Source: Proteromonas lacertae (lineage: Eukaryota). From it: a DNA stretch of 64,000 nt. The stretch is from NCBI GenBank assembly GCA_002245135.1, contig NGBS01001164.1:124001-188000 (forward strand), in the 5' to 3' direction. The notes under the pieces are model-generated. The model searched no databases. It was not told where the DNA came from and worked only from the letters and a program-made list of their open reading frames with translations. Position 1 is the stretch's first letter. Every line of letters starts with the position of its first letter. Position numbers and translations under genes: made by a program. Positions 38,700 through 52,538 of the stretch are shown here, one piece after another.

Positions 38700-40900
38700 T
38701 TAAAATGGTGTTGGAGGAGTTGGTGGCTGAATTATCCTTTTTTTCTTACCAAACAAACTTTGAGGTAAATCTGAAGTGACAGAAGAATCTGAAGTAACTT
38801 CCAAAGATAACTTCAGTTTCTTTACTGATTTTATACTGTAATCTAAATGACGTTTTACATGTTCTATCATTATTTTCTCTGATATTTCTTTTTCTAATAA
38901 TCCATAATTCAACAAAGTGTATTTACAAAGTGCAACTGTTGAATCTATTAAGTTATTATTTGCTCCAATTAAATAAGGATCTTTTGTTGCATTATGAACT
39001 AATGGATGTAATAATCGTTTTATCTTTTCTGTGTTTTTATTTTCATAGAAGTTGGCATTTTGAATTTCTCCTGAATATGTATTTGTTGTGGATTTTCCAA
39101 CTGTGATCGAAGAAGATGATGATGATGATTTTGCTGAAACAACTGAAGATAATAAAGATGATGTTGAAGATAGATTAAATTTCATTCGTTTACTTTTTGG
39201 AGCAGCATAATGATGTATAAATGGATGTTTTAGAAATGAATCATTGATATTAAAATTAATTGGATTTTGGGATGTATAATCTGGCATTTGACTTGTATCT
39301 TCTTTTGAAAAGTAGTTATATTCACCTAATTTCATTTCATTTAATAAATTCTTTGTTTTTGAATGTATTCTATGGTATTTGAACAGTTGTTTGTCTTTCT
39401 TTGTTGTTCCATCTTGATTGAATGTGTTGGTTAAGTATTTTGTTATTACAGCTGGATCTAATGTTGTTTGGCTTGACATATCTGTCAACTATTGAATTAT
39501 ATATTATAACTAATAAAATATACAAATGAATTCTTTCTTTTTGTTCCTTTGCTTCCTACCTTTTGAAATTGACTTTGCCATTTATTCATTTGTTCTTCCT
39601 ATATATATATATATAGTAATTAATAAAATAGAAATAATACAGTTGGATTTGAATAGTTATTCTTCTCATAAATAAATAATAACTTCTTCTCATATTCATT
39701 TTGAATGGAATAGGACAATAAGTTTGGAGTTTTCTTTGGTATTTTTTCTAACTCTGTTTCAATAGAAAACTTATCATTCTTCTTACTCTCTTTATTATAC
39801 AACTGAATCTCTATATTCTTATCATTATTATTATATTCTAATGAATCAAATGAATTGAAATATGTGTATAATTCATCATTCTTTGGAGATAAGATGGAAA
39901 TATATACACTATCATTTGCATATAATATACCAATTAAAGAGTTATTCATATCATTTGTTTTTGTTGTGATCCTACACAAATAAAGTAAATTCCTATTTAT
40001 ATATTGCAATAACTGTTGTTGATAAGACATTATTTTATACTGTTCAATTACAGAATAAAGTAGTATCGTATGAAAAACTGATTTCATTTGCATTGATTGA
40101 TATATCATTATATGCGTATATTTATCATCTAATATTCTCTCTTTTGTAGTAATATAAGGTATTAGTGACTGTAAATATATCTTCACTGTTTTAGTAATAA
40201 TTGACATATTATTGCTAGTTATTATCCCTGACCAATCAGCATCCCAAGGATAAATGCATAATTTATCAATTTCCTTATGCCATTTCATTATTGAGCAATT
40301 ATTTCTGAATAAATCACTAAGACTGTTTATAAAAGATTCATTTAAATGATTATCACATTCTGGTGTTAGAAGAGTAATATGCATATGTGAAAAAATTGAT
40401 AGAAAACTAACTAAACATCCTAATATGGGATATATTTCTTTATTCATTTGATAATGTAATGTTACATGATCTCCACTTGGTATTAGCCATATTAAATGTA
40501 TAGCTTCATCTGATGATATCGTTGATAACAATGTGTTTAAATTCAAGTACATTTTCTTTATTACATCTTTTGTAGGTATTCTCTATAACTATTAACAATT
40601 AAAAAATACATTTTTGTTAGGCTCAGCCTTTCTATTTAACTTATTAGTTAAATAATTCACATATTCTGTCCAACTATTAACATTTTGGAAGTTACAATCC
40701 GAGCCTTTTAAGTTAGGATGTATATATGAATATAATCCATCTATTTATTTATAATTATACAATATACCTTCTTTTGACAGATTGGAATTTATAACGGATA
40801 AAAACATTTCAATAAACGACTTATTGCAATCGCATCCCAATTCTTTATCATAAAAATCGATTTCTTCTATATCTTCAGAGAAATAAATAAAATGAGTCAT
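38700..40900 (-). CDS. Hypothetical protein, about 4 short GT-AG introns
   Basis: Long minus-strand ORFs 39620-40552 and 38700-39488 joinable by GT-AG introns; ATG at 40900; no family recognised. Confidence 0.6.
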
Positions 40901-40964
40901 TCTAAAAATATATTCGTTTCATTATTTTATTCTTCCATTTTTTTCAATACACAGATACAAAATA

Positions 40965-42031
40965 ATGTCTAAAAATCGTCGATTCTATATATCAAACGCT
41001 GCAATATCAGGATGTATCAGTGGTATGCAAAAGCAAACAATATATTATATAGGTGCTGCTCAAACTATCATTCTACAACCATTAGATATGATAAAAACAT
41101 CATTTCAAGTATATACTGGTAAATTCAAATCAAAAACTATTTTGTCTACTTTTAAAGATGTAGTGAAACAAGAAGGCTTTTTAAGATTGTGGAAAGGTTT
41201 GACACCAGCATTAGTAGGAAATACAGCCTCCTGGGGTTTATATTTTGCATTTTATAACAAAGGCAAATCTCTGTTATTACAATACAAACACAAGTACAAT
41301 ATGACCTATTATATCTAATAGAGACAAGCTAACCACTATGGAACATCTTATAACTGCATATTGTGTAGGTTCAGTATGCTTATTATTCACAAATCCAATA
41401 TGGTTAATAAAGACAAGAATGGAAATACAATCGTGATATCATTTTAATATATTAATATATATGCATATACAATTCCTTAATAATATTTACTGCTTTACCC
41501 AAATCGCATCATTTTTACACAGGTTTAGTTGATGCAATAACGAAAGTATATAGTCAAGAAGGGATAAAAGGTTTTTATAAAGGAATAATTCCATCACTAA
41601 TATTAGTATCAAATGGAGCAATACAATTTATGACTTATGAATTTTTAAGAGTTCGAGCAGTGAATAAACATAACGAAATAGTATATATATAACATAAATT
41701 TTCTTTTTTTAAATATATATATTTTGTATAGACTTACTTAGATTCATTATATATGGGTGGAATATCCAAGGTTATTGCCTCTACCACTACATATCCATAC
41801 CAAGTAGTTCGTTCTAGATTACAACAGATAGGTGGAATTGAGAGATATGGAGGAACTTTAAAGTGTATAATGAAGATAGTTAATACAGAAGGTTTTTTGT
41901 CTTTATATAATGGAATACTCACTAATTTACTGAGAGTTATTCCTAGTTCGTGTATTTTATTTATGTCTTATGAGATGATAAACAAACATTTGTTGAAGAA
42001 TAGAAATGAGAAATATCATGAAGGTTTATAA
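40965..42031 (+). CDS. Mitochondrial carrier, folate/FAD transporter (SLC25A32/Flx1)-like; one U12 intron
   Basis: Three PxDxxK-type repeats: QPLDMIKT, NPIWLIKTRM, YPYQVVRSRLQ; SWGLYFAFY; SNGAIQFMTYE. Confidence 0.85.
41436..41490 (+). other. U12-type AT-AC intron (55 nt)
   Basis: 5' ATATCATTTT, branch TTCCTTAAT (41473-41481), 3' TTTAC; TCG TG|T GCT TTA removes a TGA and restores ...YTGLVDAITKVYSQEGIKGFYKG. Confidence 0.88.
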
Positions 42032-42202
42032 GCTAAATCTTTTATTTTTGTTTGAATGTTGTGTTATGTTATTTCTTATTCGTTGGTAATGTTTTTAAAC
42101 CATGCCAATAATGTCAAAACATTGTTTAAGTTGGCTGTTTGAGGTTGGTTTTCTAGACAAAAATAATGTCCGTTTCACGTGATTCATCACAACACTTTTG
42201 AA

Positions 42203-45200
42203 ATGAGAGGAGGATATAGCAAATTAACTGACTCTATCACACCAGGGATGAGTATAACCATCAATGAACACTCATCAGTACCAAAGTCTTTTGCCCAAAA
42301 TCCACAGACTGATGGATATGACTTAATTATGTCTCATGTCTCCTATACAATCACTGATATACCGGACATAGAAGATACTCATATCCCTAACTTGTTTAAC
42401 GACCTTATTTATGCAAGTAAGTTAATAGCTAGACAACAGAAGATGAAAGCAAAACCTGTTTTAACTGATCTTAATCTTATATTTTCAGCAGGTACTTCTA
42501 CGCTTGTATAACAATTATTTGTATATTCTATAATTTAGATTGTCGGTACTCCAGGATGTGGATCTACATCACTTTTAAATGCATTATATGATAATTTGAA
42601 TAACAAATATCTATCTGGTAAAATAATGTATAATGGCAAACAAATATCAGATTATAAGAATTGGAAGAGTATTGCCTCATATTGTAGTCAATTCGATTAT
42701 CACAATGCATTATTAACAGTGAAAGAAACGTTAGAATTCGCTAGACAATGTCAATGTGGAAATGATACAAAAATTGATTTAGTATATTTATGTATTATAT
42801 ACTGTAGACTTCTCTTGCAGAAAAAGTGGATGATTTATGTAAAACTATTGGTTTAGAGAGATGCAAAGACACTTATATAGGTGGAATGTTGGTAAAAGGA
42901 TGTAGTGGTGGTGAAAAGCGAAGAGTTACAGTTGGTGAAATGTTATTAGGTTTTCACAAGATATTATTATTAGATAAATTCAGCACAGGTTTAGATAGTG
43001 CAATAACAAAAGATATAATTAAATTCCTGACTAGTTATGCAAGAGAAATGAACAATATTGTTATTACTGCATTATTACAACCAGATCCTGAGATTATTCA
43101 ATACTTTGATCAATTGATTATATTAGAAGAAGGTTCTATTATTTATTGTGGTACTCCCTTTGACGCTGTTACTTATTTTGAGAGTATTGGATATAAACTA
43201 AATGGAGAGTCTGATATTGGAAGTTTTATAAGTAATATTGGAAATGAAGGATTTAGAACATTAATGAAGAAAGTATTATTATTATTATTATTATTACATA
43301 GAGGGAAGCATTATTGAAATCAAGTTCATCTACAAAAATGACTGAAAGTACTACCAGTATGGAATCAAAGTCAATATTTGCAAGGAAGAAGAATAAATCC
43401 AAGTCAGTCTTATACAGTAGTTATCAATCTTGTAGAGGTTTGAAATATGATAGAGTATATATATATATATCATCTTTATAGAATTTAGTAAAAAAACATG
43501 AAATTGTCCATAATTATGAAGTATCAAAGTATTATTTAACAGAAGAAAGAGAGATTGATATGTCGTTAAAGAATAAATTACAACCCTTAGAAGAAGGTCC
43601 AAATAAAGATGCTTATAGTAAACAATATTCACTTTCATTCTTCTCAATGTTATATACAATATTCAAAAGACAAACAAGATTGACACTTCGTAACAAATTA
43701 TATATTATTGGAATATTGATTGGTTATATAATTGCTGGTGTATTTCTTGGATTTGTATTTTATGATATTACTAAAAACACTAATAAATTGACAATATTTG
43801 GAGTGTTTTTGTTTTATTTGGTTCTTATTGCTGTTGGACCAGCTGCTGAATTTGGTACAATCATGGAACAAAGGAAGGTATTGGCAAAACAAATAACTGG
43901 TAAATATTTCTCCATTTCTACATTCATTATTTCATCATTAATAGCTCAATTACCATTTATGATATTATTACCTCTATTTGGTGGTATTCCAATATACTTT
44001 ATATCTTCATTATCAAAGGCAAATCATTATAAACATCTCTTAATCTATTGTCTTGGTGGTATTGCTACTTCATTAGCTGTTACACCATTATTTAGATTGT
44101 TTATGTTTGGTTTCTCGAGTGAATTTGTAGCTTTAGGATGTTTACCATTTGCTGTGTTTATTATGACTAATTTCACTGGTTATTCTGTTCCTTATGATAA
44201 AATATCATGGATATTAAGATGGATTTATTATCTTAATCCATTAAGTTATGGACATAAAATATTAGCTGTTAATGAATTCTTAAGTGGTGATTATGGCCTT
44301 GAAGGTAAAGCAGATTTAGCTGCAATGTCATTTCCAACTGATGATAAGAATATGTGGCAATGGTTTGTCAGTTTAATTGTAATGCATATCATATGTATAT
44401 ATTATTAGTTATAATTTATATATTATTATGTTTGAAATAGATACTGCTTTAACAATATTTGTATTACAGTGTCGTAGATGGGCTGCTGAATATTCAGTTA
44501 TTGCTTCTGATAAAGAAATCGATGTTGATGAAGCAGAAGATATCAGTTATTCAATACCGCCAGGACAAGAAGTATCACTAGTATGGAAGGATTTAAATGT
44601 GTATGTAAATACAGATAAAGGTGAAAAACAGTTGTTATATAATATTAGTGGATATGCAAAACCAGGTACATTAACAGCTTTAATGGGAGCAAGTGGTGCT
44701 GGTAAGAGTACATTATTAGATGCATTATCACATACATCCACAAAGACAAAAGTAACTGGTGATATATTATTCAATGGACAAAAATTATCATTAAATACAC
44801 AAAGTCATGTATTAGGTTATGTTGAACAAGCTGATAATTTACCAACTAAAGAGACTGTTGAAGAAGTATTGTTTTTCAATGCAAGATTGAGATTAAGTAG
44901 TAAATTGAGTGATGATGAAGTTAGAGCAAAAGTTGATGAAATGATAAAAGTATTATCATTAGAAGATTATCGTAAGATTATTATTGGTAATCCAGGAAGT
45001 GGTATTTCAATGGCAATTCGTAAATTGATAATGACAGGTATTGAACTAGTAGCAGATCCAGCAATACTATTCTTAGATGAGCCAACTACAGGTTTAGATA
45101 GTAAAAGTGCATTAATGGTAGTAAAAGTATTGAACAGAATTGCTGTTTATGGAAAATGTGTAGTTTGTACAATCCATCAACCATCTTATGAGATATTTCA

Positions 45201-46424
45201 ATATTTTAGTAATATTTTGTTATTAGAAAGTGGTGGTAAAACTGTTTATTTAGGTGATACAGGTGTTAATGCTGAAGATGTTATAGAATATTTTCACAGT
45301 ATTGATGGTATTCCAAAGTTAAAAGAAGGTCAAAACCCTGCAAGTTGGATATTAGAAGTAACTGGAGCTGGTACAAGTGTAGAGTTTAAGAGTTATGCTG
45401 AGAATTACATCAATAGTGAATTAAAGAAAATGAATGATGAAGAAATCGAAGATTTAATTGAAGAAGGTAGAAATCATCAACAATTAGATTATCCAAAATA
45501 CATGACATCTTTAGGAACACAAATTTATTATTATACTAAGAAAATCACCAAATTCTATTGGAGATCAAGTTCTTACAGTTTATCCAGATTAATAGTGACA
45601 ATATTCATTAGTTTAGTGTTGGGAGGTTTGTATTATCAAACTATACCAGACACAATATCTGGTGTCAATTCCTTAATGTCTTCTTTATTCTCCTGTTCAT
45701 TATTTATTGGAATCTTTTCAGCTATTGCTGCTTTACCATCATTTACAGCTGAAAGAAACTCTATTTATAGAGATATGGATAAACATTTAGTTTCTCCATT
45801 TTCTGTATTATTTTCTCTTACAATCAGTGAAATTCCATATTCTTTATTATGTTGTGTTGTTGGTACTTTGATTATATATCCAATGGTTGGATTATCATCT
45901 GATGCTGGTAAGCTATTTCAGTTTTTACTGTTTTACTTTACATTCTTATTATTTACTGCTTATTTGGGTCAATGGATTGCATTTACTTCACCATCTTTAC
46001 AAGTATTTATTATTTATTTATTTTATATATTTATTTAATAGATTTCATTATTTGGATCTATGGCATTCTTATTATTGATGAATTGCATTGCTGGTTTTAT
46101 TATTCCAAACAAAGATTTAGTTATGTTCTTCCAGGTATTGAATTACGTAAATCCAATTAATTTCTTCTTCGCTGATGTAAGTGCAACACAGCTTCATTGT
46201 GAAGGTAAAGATTGTACTTTAATCATCTTACCAAATGGAATTGTATATATATTGTTTTTTATGACTATTTTTAATAGGTTGTTGATATAAATACTTATAT
46301 AACCAACGTATTAGACTTACATTACGATAGAAGAATGTATTACTTTTTAGGAACAGTTGCTTATATATTTGTAAGTAGAATTGCTATGGCATTTTCATTA
46401 CACTATATAAGATATCTACCTTAA
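42203..46424 (+). CDS. Full-size ABCG/PDR-type ABC transporter (NBD-TMD-NBD-TMD)
   Basis: NBD1 GTPGCGSTS, CSGGEKRRV, LDKFSTGLDS; NBD2 GASGAGKSTLL, GYVEQ, FLDEPTTGLDS, CTIHQPS; two TM blocks; about 7 short introns. Confidence 0.92.
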
Positions 46425-46766
46425 ACTTTTAGAGATTATTCTTAATTCTATTATTTTGATTAAATATGTTATGTTAAAATATATAAAATGTCATAAATAT
46501 TTTTGAAAACTTACATAATGTTGTAATGCAACAATATTAGGGCTATATTTGAATTAATAATTCAATCAATTCAGTTATACACTTATTTTCTATCTATATA
46601 TGATTTTGATCTTTTTTTAGCTGCATTATAGATAATAAAGATACTTCTAATATGTTTTAATATAAAAACAAGCACGTGGAGAGCTACACAGCATACAATT
46701 TAATAGAAAAGCAATGTCTATTCAAATTAAGATCATTTTTAATATAAATTAATTCCTCACGCTGTA

Positions 46767-47956
46767 ATGTCTTTTTCTATTAGAATATCAAAAATCTCAT
46801 ATGCTCCTCAGGTAAATGAACCAGTATTTCTCTATCCAACTATAAACGAACTTGTATCAAAGACAGTTTTATAATCTTAGACATATGCTTATGAAAATCG
46901 GTTAAAACTTCAAAAGAAAAAACCACCAGATTTATTTTTTCCTTTATCTAACCCCAGTTTTATAATAGCACAAACTTTCATGTGTATTGTTATTATGCGA
47001 TATTAAACTTAGTAAATATATTTGAAATTAATTGTATATATGAGGCGTATTTAATGTTATGGTCACATAATCCTAATAAAGAATATATTTCCATTCATCA
47101 GCTTAGTGCTAGTATTGTAACTTTAAGTGAAGATCTTTTATCGTGTTTCTTTGCGTCTAGTATAGATATACATATTTATACTTAATAGGTGATGTGTATT
47201 ATGATTCATATTTTCAATTTGTGTGTATATTCTTGTTTTTAAATCCCAAACAAATCATTTCATTAGTTTTATCATGGTTGGGAATTCATAGCAATGTAGT
47301 TATAACTAGAGTATATATTTGATTGTTTTTTAATCTGAACATATATATAGAGTCAAATCAATAAAGTAGTTAGTTTGTTTAATTTCGTATATAACCAGAC
47401 AGAATTGGATGAATTCTTCTTTACCTATGAAATGGATTGTCATGAGTATATATATGTGTTAAACATAATAATATTATTTTATAGTTATAATGAACCAGTA
47501 TATCCAATCAAAACCTTCACAGATTTTTTGAATAATTCAATATCTCTACAATCTACATTCTTTTCTGTGAGAATGAATTTAATAGATAGTACTTTATCTC
47601 CAAAGATCTATTCGAATATCGTAAAAAGACAAATATATTATACAGAAGATCCTCAAAGAATATTATACCGAAGAAGTGAACCGTTTTGCGATAAACTGCA
47701 AAGACTTTTATTCACTCACGAACCTCCTCCTTATCATTATGATTTTATGTTACAAAAACCGAATGATCAATCAAAAGATACATTAGTCTATACATTGAAG
47801 CAAGGTAGAGGTTATGGGTATAGACAACCGTCTAGTGTAAAAAGAACACTAAATGGAAGTCATAATGGAAGTATATGTTCTCCAAAAAGATCACTCTTAT
47901 CCCCTCATGCCAGAGGTTCAAAGAATAAGATATCTCCTGTAATTAACTGTAATTAA
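46767..47956 (+). CDS. Degenerate EF-hand family protein, paralogue C
   Basis: IAQTFMLNIFEINCIYEAY; shares two intron positions with A and B; CDKLQRLLFTHEPPPYHYDF motif. Confidence 0.55.
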
Positions 47957-48043
47957 GTAATTTATGAATATTAAACATCATTTTATCATGAATATGGTTG
48001 TATTTTTCTGGGATATGTTTAATTTCTGCTTTATATTGATATA

Positions 48044-48702
48044 TTAGTAATAAAACATTGTAATACATGTTATGTGAAGTATAAAAAATAAAAATACATT
48101 TTTTAATGAAATTTTGTTTATTATTTCTAATCCATTCAATTCTTCTGGGGATTTGAAGCAGATATCATAAATTCTATTATCTTCTTCTTTTCTCAATAAA
48201 TCCAAACATAAATCACATAACTTTATATTATTATCTCCTTCAATTACTACATTAGAACTCTTCAAATTATTTATCATTACATCATATTCATTTAATTTTA
48301 TCAATATACCACATACTGAACAAAATACACTACAAATCACGCTTTCTGACAAGAATTTACTTTGAATTACCTCTTCTAAATCCATGGAATAATATTCTCT
48401 TTCGTATATCATATAGATACTTTTATTATTCAGCTGATACATTTTAGAATGACAGAGAAAGAATGAACAACTTTCTAACAAAAATGAGTTAATCTCATGG
48501 AATTTTAATATTTTAATCTCTTTTACTCCTACAATATTCAGTATTTTCATCTTTTTCGCATTGTTTTGATTTTTGATAACATAATCTACTTCACTATCAC
48601 TTTTTTCTACCCTTTCTTTTATCTATACAATAGAAATATTTATAATACTTGAGAATTAGGTGATAATATTGAGGATAGCTTATTATCTACGTTAGAATTC
48701 AT
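48044..48702 (-). pseudogene. 3'-truncated copy of the pseudokinase-LRR gene
   Basis: Colinear with the 53635 gene through RIYDICFKSPEELNGLE, then homology stops; same first intron. Confidence 0.75.
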
Positions 48703-48847
48703 TCTTTTCTGTTTTAATATGAAAATAGAGTCGTTTCGAAAAAATTTCTATTCAAAAAAACATAATAGATATTAACAATATAATCAAATAATCATTACAA
48801 TAACGAATAAGAAAATAGACAAATTGAAAAATTTTAACATTTACATA

Positions 48848-49492
48848 CTATTCAGCATCTTCAACCATCTGTACTAACGGTCTAATTGCAGACATTATAT
48901 TACCAGCAGCAGTATGCATCAATCCCATATTGACATCCAGCTAAAGGAGATTAGATAATACATTTATATCTAATACATTGCAGATTAATGTAACAATAAC
49001 ATGATCCATATTCAAATGAAAATAGATGTATTTGTCTGTGTATGTATAAGTGCTTTCAAGTTTACCAAAATGTAAATGTTGTGACTTATTATAATATATA
49101 CAATAATATAATCTATTTATACTTGATTAGCAATTGCAGCAAATGTTGCACATAATGCACTTTCTATTGTTTGTGAAACTGGAGCAAATTGTTTTCTATA
49201 TACTACACATGAATATAAAATTATAAAAATACCTCTCATAAGTGGTACACCATCAGCTACTGCTACTAGTATAGCGTTAAAGCCATTAATTCTACACATA
49301 TTAGAAAAAGTATAATAATACTCATTCAAAATTGATGTTAAAATATTTTGTGCTTGTTTATTCTATATTTAACAATAATACTCTAATACTATTGATAATT
49401 GTTTGTCTCTTGAAATATTAGGCTATGAAAATATATAATAAAGACAATACTGCTGTATCAGCAAAATTAAAATACAGCTCTTGAGTTGCCAT
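48848..49492 (-). CDS. LAMTOR3: Ragulator subunit LAMTOR3 (MP1), about 6 micro-introns
   Basis: GFNAILVAVADGVPLMR..LCATFAAIANQSQQLHFGK..VIVTLICNLDVNMGLM resembles LAMTOR3 GLHAIVVSDRDGVP..FLSTFALATDQGSKLGLSK..NTGLI. Confidence 0.75.
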
Positions 49493-50024
49493 TACTTCAA
49501 AAAAAGCAAAAAACAAAAATTGAAAAAAGGTGAGGCTTATTAATGAAAAAACAAAAAATAGAGTCTGTGTGCCATTGATTAGCATTATTGTGATCAAAAC
49601 AAGTTAGTTATGCATATCATGTAAATAAAATCATGAATTAGTCACTATTAAAAATTCAATCATTCGCTTTATGTCTGTTTCTATCATCAGAATTTTTGTT
49701 AATTACAACAAATGCAAAATATTAATATTTTTCTATTTAATAATTCATAGATTCTTCAATATTTAAAATATAAAAAAGCAAGAGAAGGTTTTGGCGCTTA
49801 AAAAGTGGCCTGAGGCCAGCCAACAAAATTCTAAAATTTTGAATTTACGAAATTTTATTGGTTAGAATTTTGTTAGAAATCCCACATTGCCCATTCTTTT
49901 TTTGCTTTTTATTTATTTTTCTTAATGAAAGGATTATTTTAAATTCTAGCAAGGTCTTTTACATACTAGAGCTATTTTATACATACTACGACCAATAATA
50001 TAACATTATAAACCAAGGTTTGCA

Positions 50025-52039
50025 ATGAAGAGAAAGTCAATAAACCGTCCACTTGGCCTTCACAAGAGAATAACAATTTACAAACATGACAGTGATAATT
50101 TACCTCAACCAATACCTCTTATATCACAAGACAATAAGGACGGGAATGGATTGATAAACGTATGAATATATTTATGTAAATTATTTATATAATCAACTCT
50201 CTTCTCTATTTATTATCAAAATAACATTTTTATTAATTTTTAATATAGAGTCCTCCTCGTCATAAGAAGATAATTAACATACCAACACCAGAAATCATTA
50301 CAATTAGTGATTATGATGAATTATTTCCATCCAATTACGATATGCCTACGTGTTACATCCGATACATTGCACCATCTAGTGAAGAAGAGGAAGAATTCAT
50401 GGAATATGAAGCAGATCAAGACGATATTGTATATTAATTATCATATCATCAATAGGATTGGTTAGAAAATCATCCAATATATGGTAAAAATGGTAAAGAA
50501 AACTCACAAATCTCAGTAGACACATTTGAAAAAATAATCAACACATTAGAAATATTAACAGCCAGAAATGGTGATATAATCCCTTCTAACGATGCAGAAG
50601 TAGGATGTTATGGCTGTTTTACATCTCCGCACCCTGATTATTCAAAATTAATAAGTGATATTCGTACACATTGGCTAAATAAAAGGCATAAGATCCATAA
50701 GCCATTATGTCGAAGATACTGGCCTCAGACACCTGTAACAGATACAAATCCACATTTAGTGTTTAGGCCAAGAGAAAAAGAGAGATATAAATTAAGAAAA
50801 CAAAGGAAAAGTGATGAAGAAGCATATAATAAGTTGAAAGAATTACAAACCAATTTAGATGAAGCAAAACAGATTATTGAGTTAATATTAAAGAAAGAAA
50901 AGATTAAATTAAATTCACTTGAATTTATGTGTGAAGAATATCAACAAAGACTATTTGATATAGATCCAAGTAATACGACTAAGGAAAGAAAACGAACAGT
51001 TTCATTAATAGAAGGATTGAAAGATATAACAAGTAATAATTATTCAATACTTAGACCAAAAATATCATTATCATCATCATCAAATGCATATTTAGACGAA
51101 ACTACTCGAAGAAGAATGAAATTATTTGGAAACAATAACAATAACATTAATAATAATAATAATAATGATATGTTAGGAAGGAATAAAAGAATGTGTTTAT
51201 CACTATCCAGTGTTAGTAATAGTAATATAAATAATAATATGGATATAATCAGTAGAAATAATAAACTAATCTGTTCTTATTTGAATCATATAGCTATCGA
51301 TGGTGATCATAATAATGATTGTATTCCAATTATTGGCTTAGGACAATCGTTAGATAAATCAACAGGAATGGTTCCTCCATTGTTATTACCTAAGAATTAT
51401 AATCATATTCCTTCTGATATTGGTAATCCATTCCCTATATTTATACCAACTGATAAATATTATGGCAAATTAGAAGAAGAGAATGAAGATGATGATGAAG
51501 AAGATGAAGAAGGAGAAAGTAATTACGATAATAATAATACAAACACAACAACAACAACAACAACAACAATAAATACATATAATGGTTATAAGAATGTAAA
51601 AAAGAGACGAAAACAAAGTTATTTATTAAGACCACGGATAGGAAGAGGAGGAAGAATTATACTAAGCAGAATACCAGTAGATGATAATAATCGATGGTAT
51701 AATAAAACAGAGAAATATGTAACAAGACCTCCATTATTTACAGCAGAGAGAGATCAACCAAATAAATCATTAACATCTCAAGCAACCTCTGTTACTGAAC
51801 TTGCACCTAATAATCCATTATATGGTGAAGAAAGTATTGTACCATTTCATCCATTACCTGATATATATGGAACACCTTATACTGCTTATAATTTACCTGA
51901 AACTGATTATAGTTGGGAGAAAATATATTCATCTGTTAAGACTATGACTTTGCCAAGTGATGCACTTAAAGTGAGATGTCCAACTGCTGGAAATTCACAG
52001 AATAATAATTCATCAGAATTATTTCGATTCAATATATAA
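50025..52039 (+). CDS. Enhancer of polycomb-like (EPC/Epl1, NuA4 subunit)
   Basis: IPTPEI..YD..P..YIRY; EYEADQDDIDWL; FEKII..LE; HWLNKR; DTNPHLVFRPRE; RPRIGRGGRIILSR. Confidence 0.85.
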
Positions 52040-52111
52040 ACCAAAAAATACTACTTTTTCTTTTTTTCTTAGCAATTTTGTATATTCATTCTTTAGCTCC
52101 TTATTATTTTG
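51844..52111. repeat. 268-bp direct repeat, copy 1 (EPC 3' CDS end and 3' UTR)
   Basis: Matches 57003-57270 by eye (offset 5159). Confidence 0.95.
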
Positions 52112-52209
52112 ACAATTTTATATCTGTTTGTTTGGTTTATTGTTTCTATAACATATACACTCTCAGTTCCATGTTAAAAAGCTTTGTTTTAAAGAAAGAA
52201 TAAAGAATA

Positions 52210-52296
52210 AAACGACTATTTATTTTGAGATATCAAACAAGTTTGAAAATGTTTTTCTTAAAATCTCTTGTAGACGATATATTGTCCGCAATATAA
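52210..52296 (+). pseudogene. Orphan promoter and exon 1 remnant of the pseudokinase-LRR family
   Basis: AAACGACT..GAGATATCAAACAAGTTTGAAAATGTTTTTC aligns with 53596-53643; ATG at 52249, TAA at 52294. Confidence 0.65.
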
Positions 52297-52538
52297 CTAT
52301 CTGATACTCAATATATTATCAGAATAATTACATAAATACCCAAATCTTAGTTAAATATGTCCAAAAAGTATTAAAATTCACTTAGAAATTGGAAATATTA
52401 TTCTCAAAATTATCAAAATCAAATATAGAATTTGATAATTGAAATTTTAAATTACATATATAGATGAGTTTATTTATTTATGTTATTTTATTGATTTACA
52501 TTAATAAATATATTGAAATCAGAATAAAAATGAATTTC

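Noticed and set aside
42166..42201. 11-codon upstream ORF before the ABC transporter
   Set aside because: TSS unknown and short ORFs are expected by chance
49775..49800. AGAGAAGGTT resemblance to U6atac
   Set aside because: Match does not extend into the AGC/ISL region or the 5' end
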